This document shows positions 52,417 through 52,539 of a DNA stretch of 52,539 nt, piece by piece; positions within the stretch are counted from its first letter, which is position 1; the number at the start of each line of letters is the position of its first letter. A program made the position numbers and the translations under genes. The stretch comes from a virus (lineage: Duplodnaviria > Caudoviricetes). The DNA lies in the IMG/VR virus record IMGVR_UViG_3300017700_000625, positions 1 to 52,539 of that record; one strand, given 5' to 3'. Below the pieces are notes generated by a model that worked only from the letters and a program-made list of their open reading frames with translations, did not search any database and was not told the origin of the DNA.

Positions 52417-52539
52417 AACCACCTGCGAGCCTTCCACGCGCGCGGGCGTGTGGGCGACGCCCTGGCGCAGTTCGCCAGACTGCGGCGCAGGGGCCTCGCC
52501 TGGCGCGGATGAGGTGTTGGGGTTGCCCTCATGCTTGCG
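52417..52539 (+). repeat. Terminal direct repeat, copy 2
   Basis: Identical to 1-123. Confidence 0.97.

Larger units (their letters stand above)
1..52539. mobile_element. Complete circularly permuted siphovirus-type phage genome (~52,416 bp), probable alphaproteobacterial host
   Basis: Full set of terminase, portal, capsid, tail and lysis genes; 123-bp end overlap; one gene spans the junction; no host genes. Confidence 0.95.

Noticed and set aside
1-52539. Genome-wide stop-codon reassignment
   Set aside because: All core genes are full length in the standard code and TAG ends them at the expected positions

Overview
This window is a complete, circularly permuted genome of a long-tailed (sipho-type) dsDNA phage of about 52,416 bp. 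Bases 1-123 are identical to bases 52417-52539, and an HK97-gp10-like neck gene reads through that junction. The host is very probably an alphaproteobacterium, inferred from CtrA-box-like promoters, a GapR-like protein and high GC. Modules: packaging (TerS, TerL, DUF1073 portal, MuF), head (DUF2213 protease, decoration, DUF2184 capsid), neck and tail (with a -1 frameshift chaperone, tape measure, and a modular J/fibre protein), lysis (DUF3380 endolysin, overlapping spanins, membrane proteins), replication/modification (DUF1376 initiator, two DNA methyltransferases, RuvC-like), and recombination (SMC-like ATPase, RecE-like, Sak4-like, HerA-like). An 11.5-kb accessory block splits the head module. 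I found no integrase, CI repressor, DNA polymerase or tRNA. Most interesting signals: (1) a two-input regulatory circuit of a repeated palindromic operator CCAGAATTCTGG plus CtrA-box-type promoters, interlocked the same way at both divergent junctions; (2) an overprinted ORF inside the C5-methyltransferase that resembles the M.EcoHK31I beta subunit and starts with a beta-clamp motif; (3) a ~470-nt structured non-coding region with its own promoter; (4) a secreted BTLCP/LapG-like protease under a perfect CtrA box; (5) an Acb2/Tad1-like candidate followed by coupled membrane micropeptides. All family assignments are from motif recognition by eye, not database searches.
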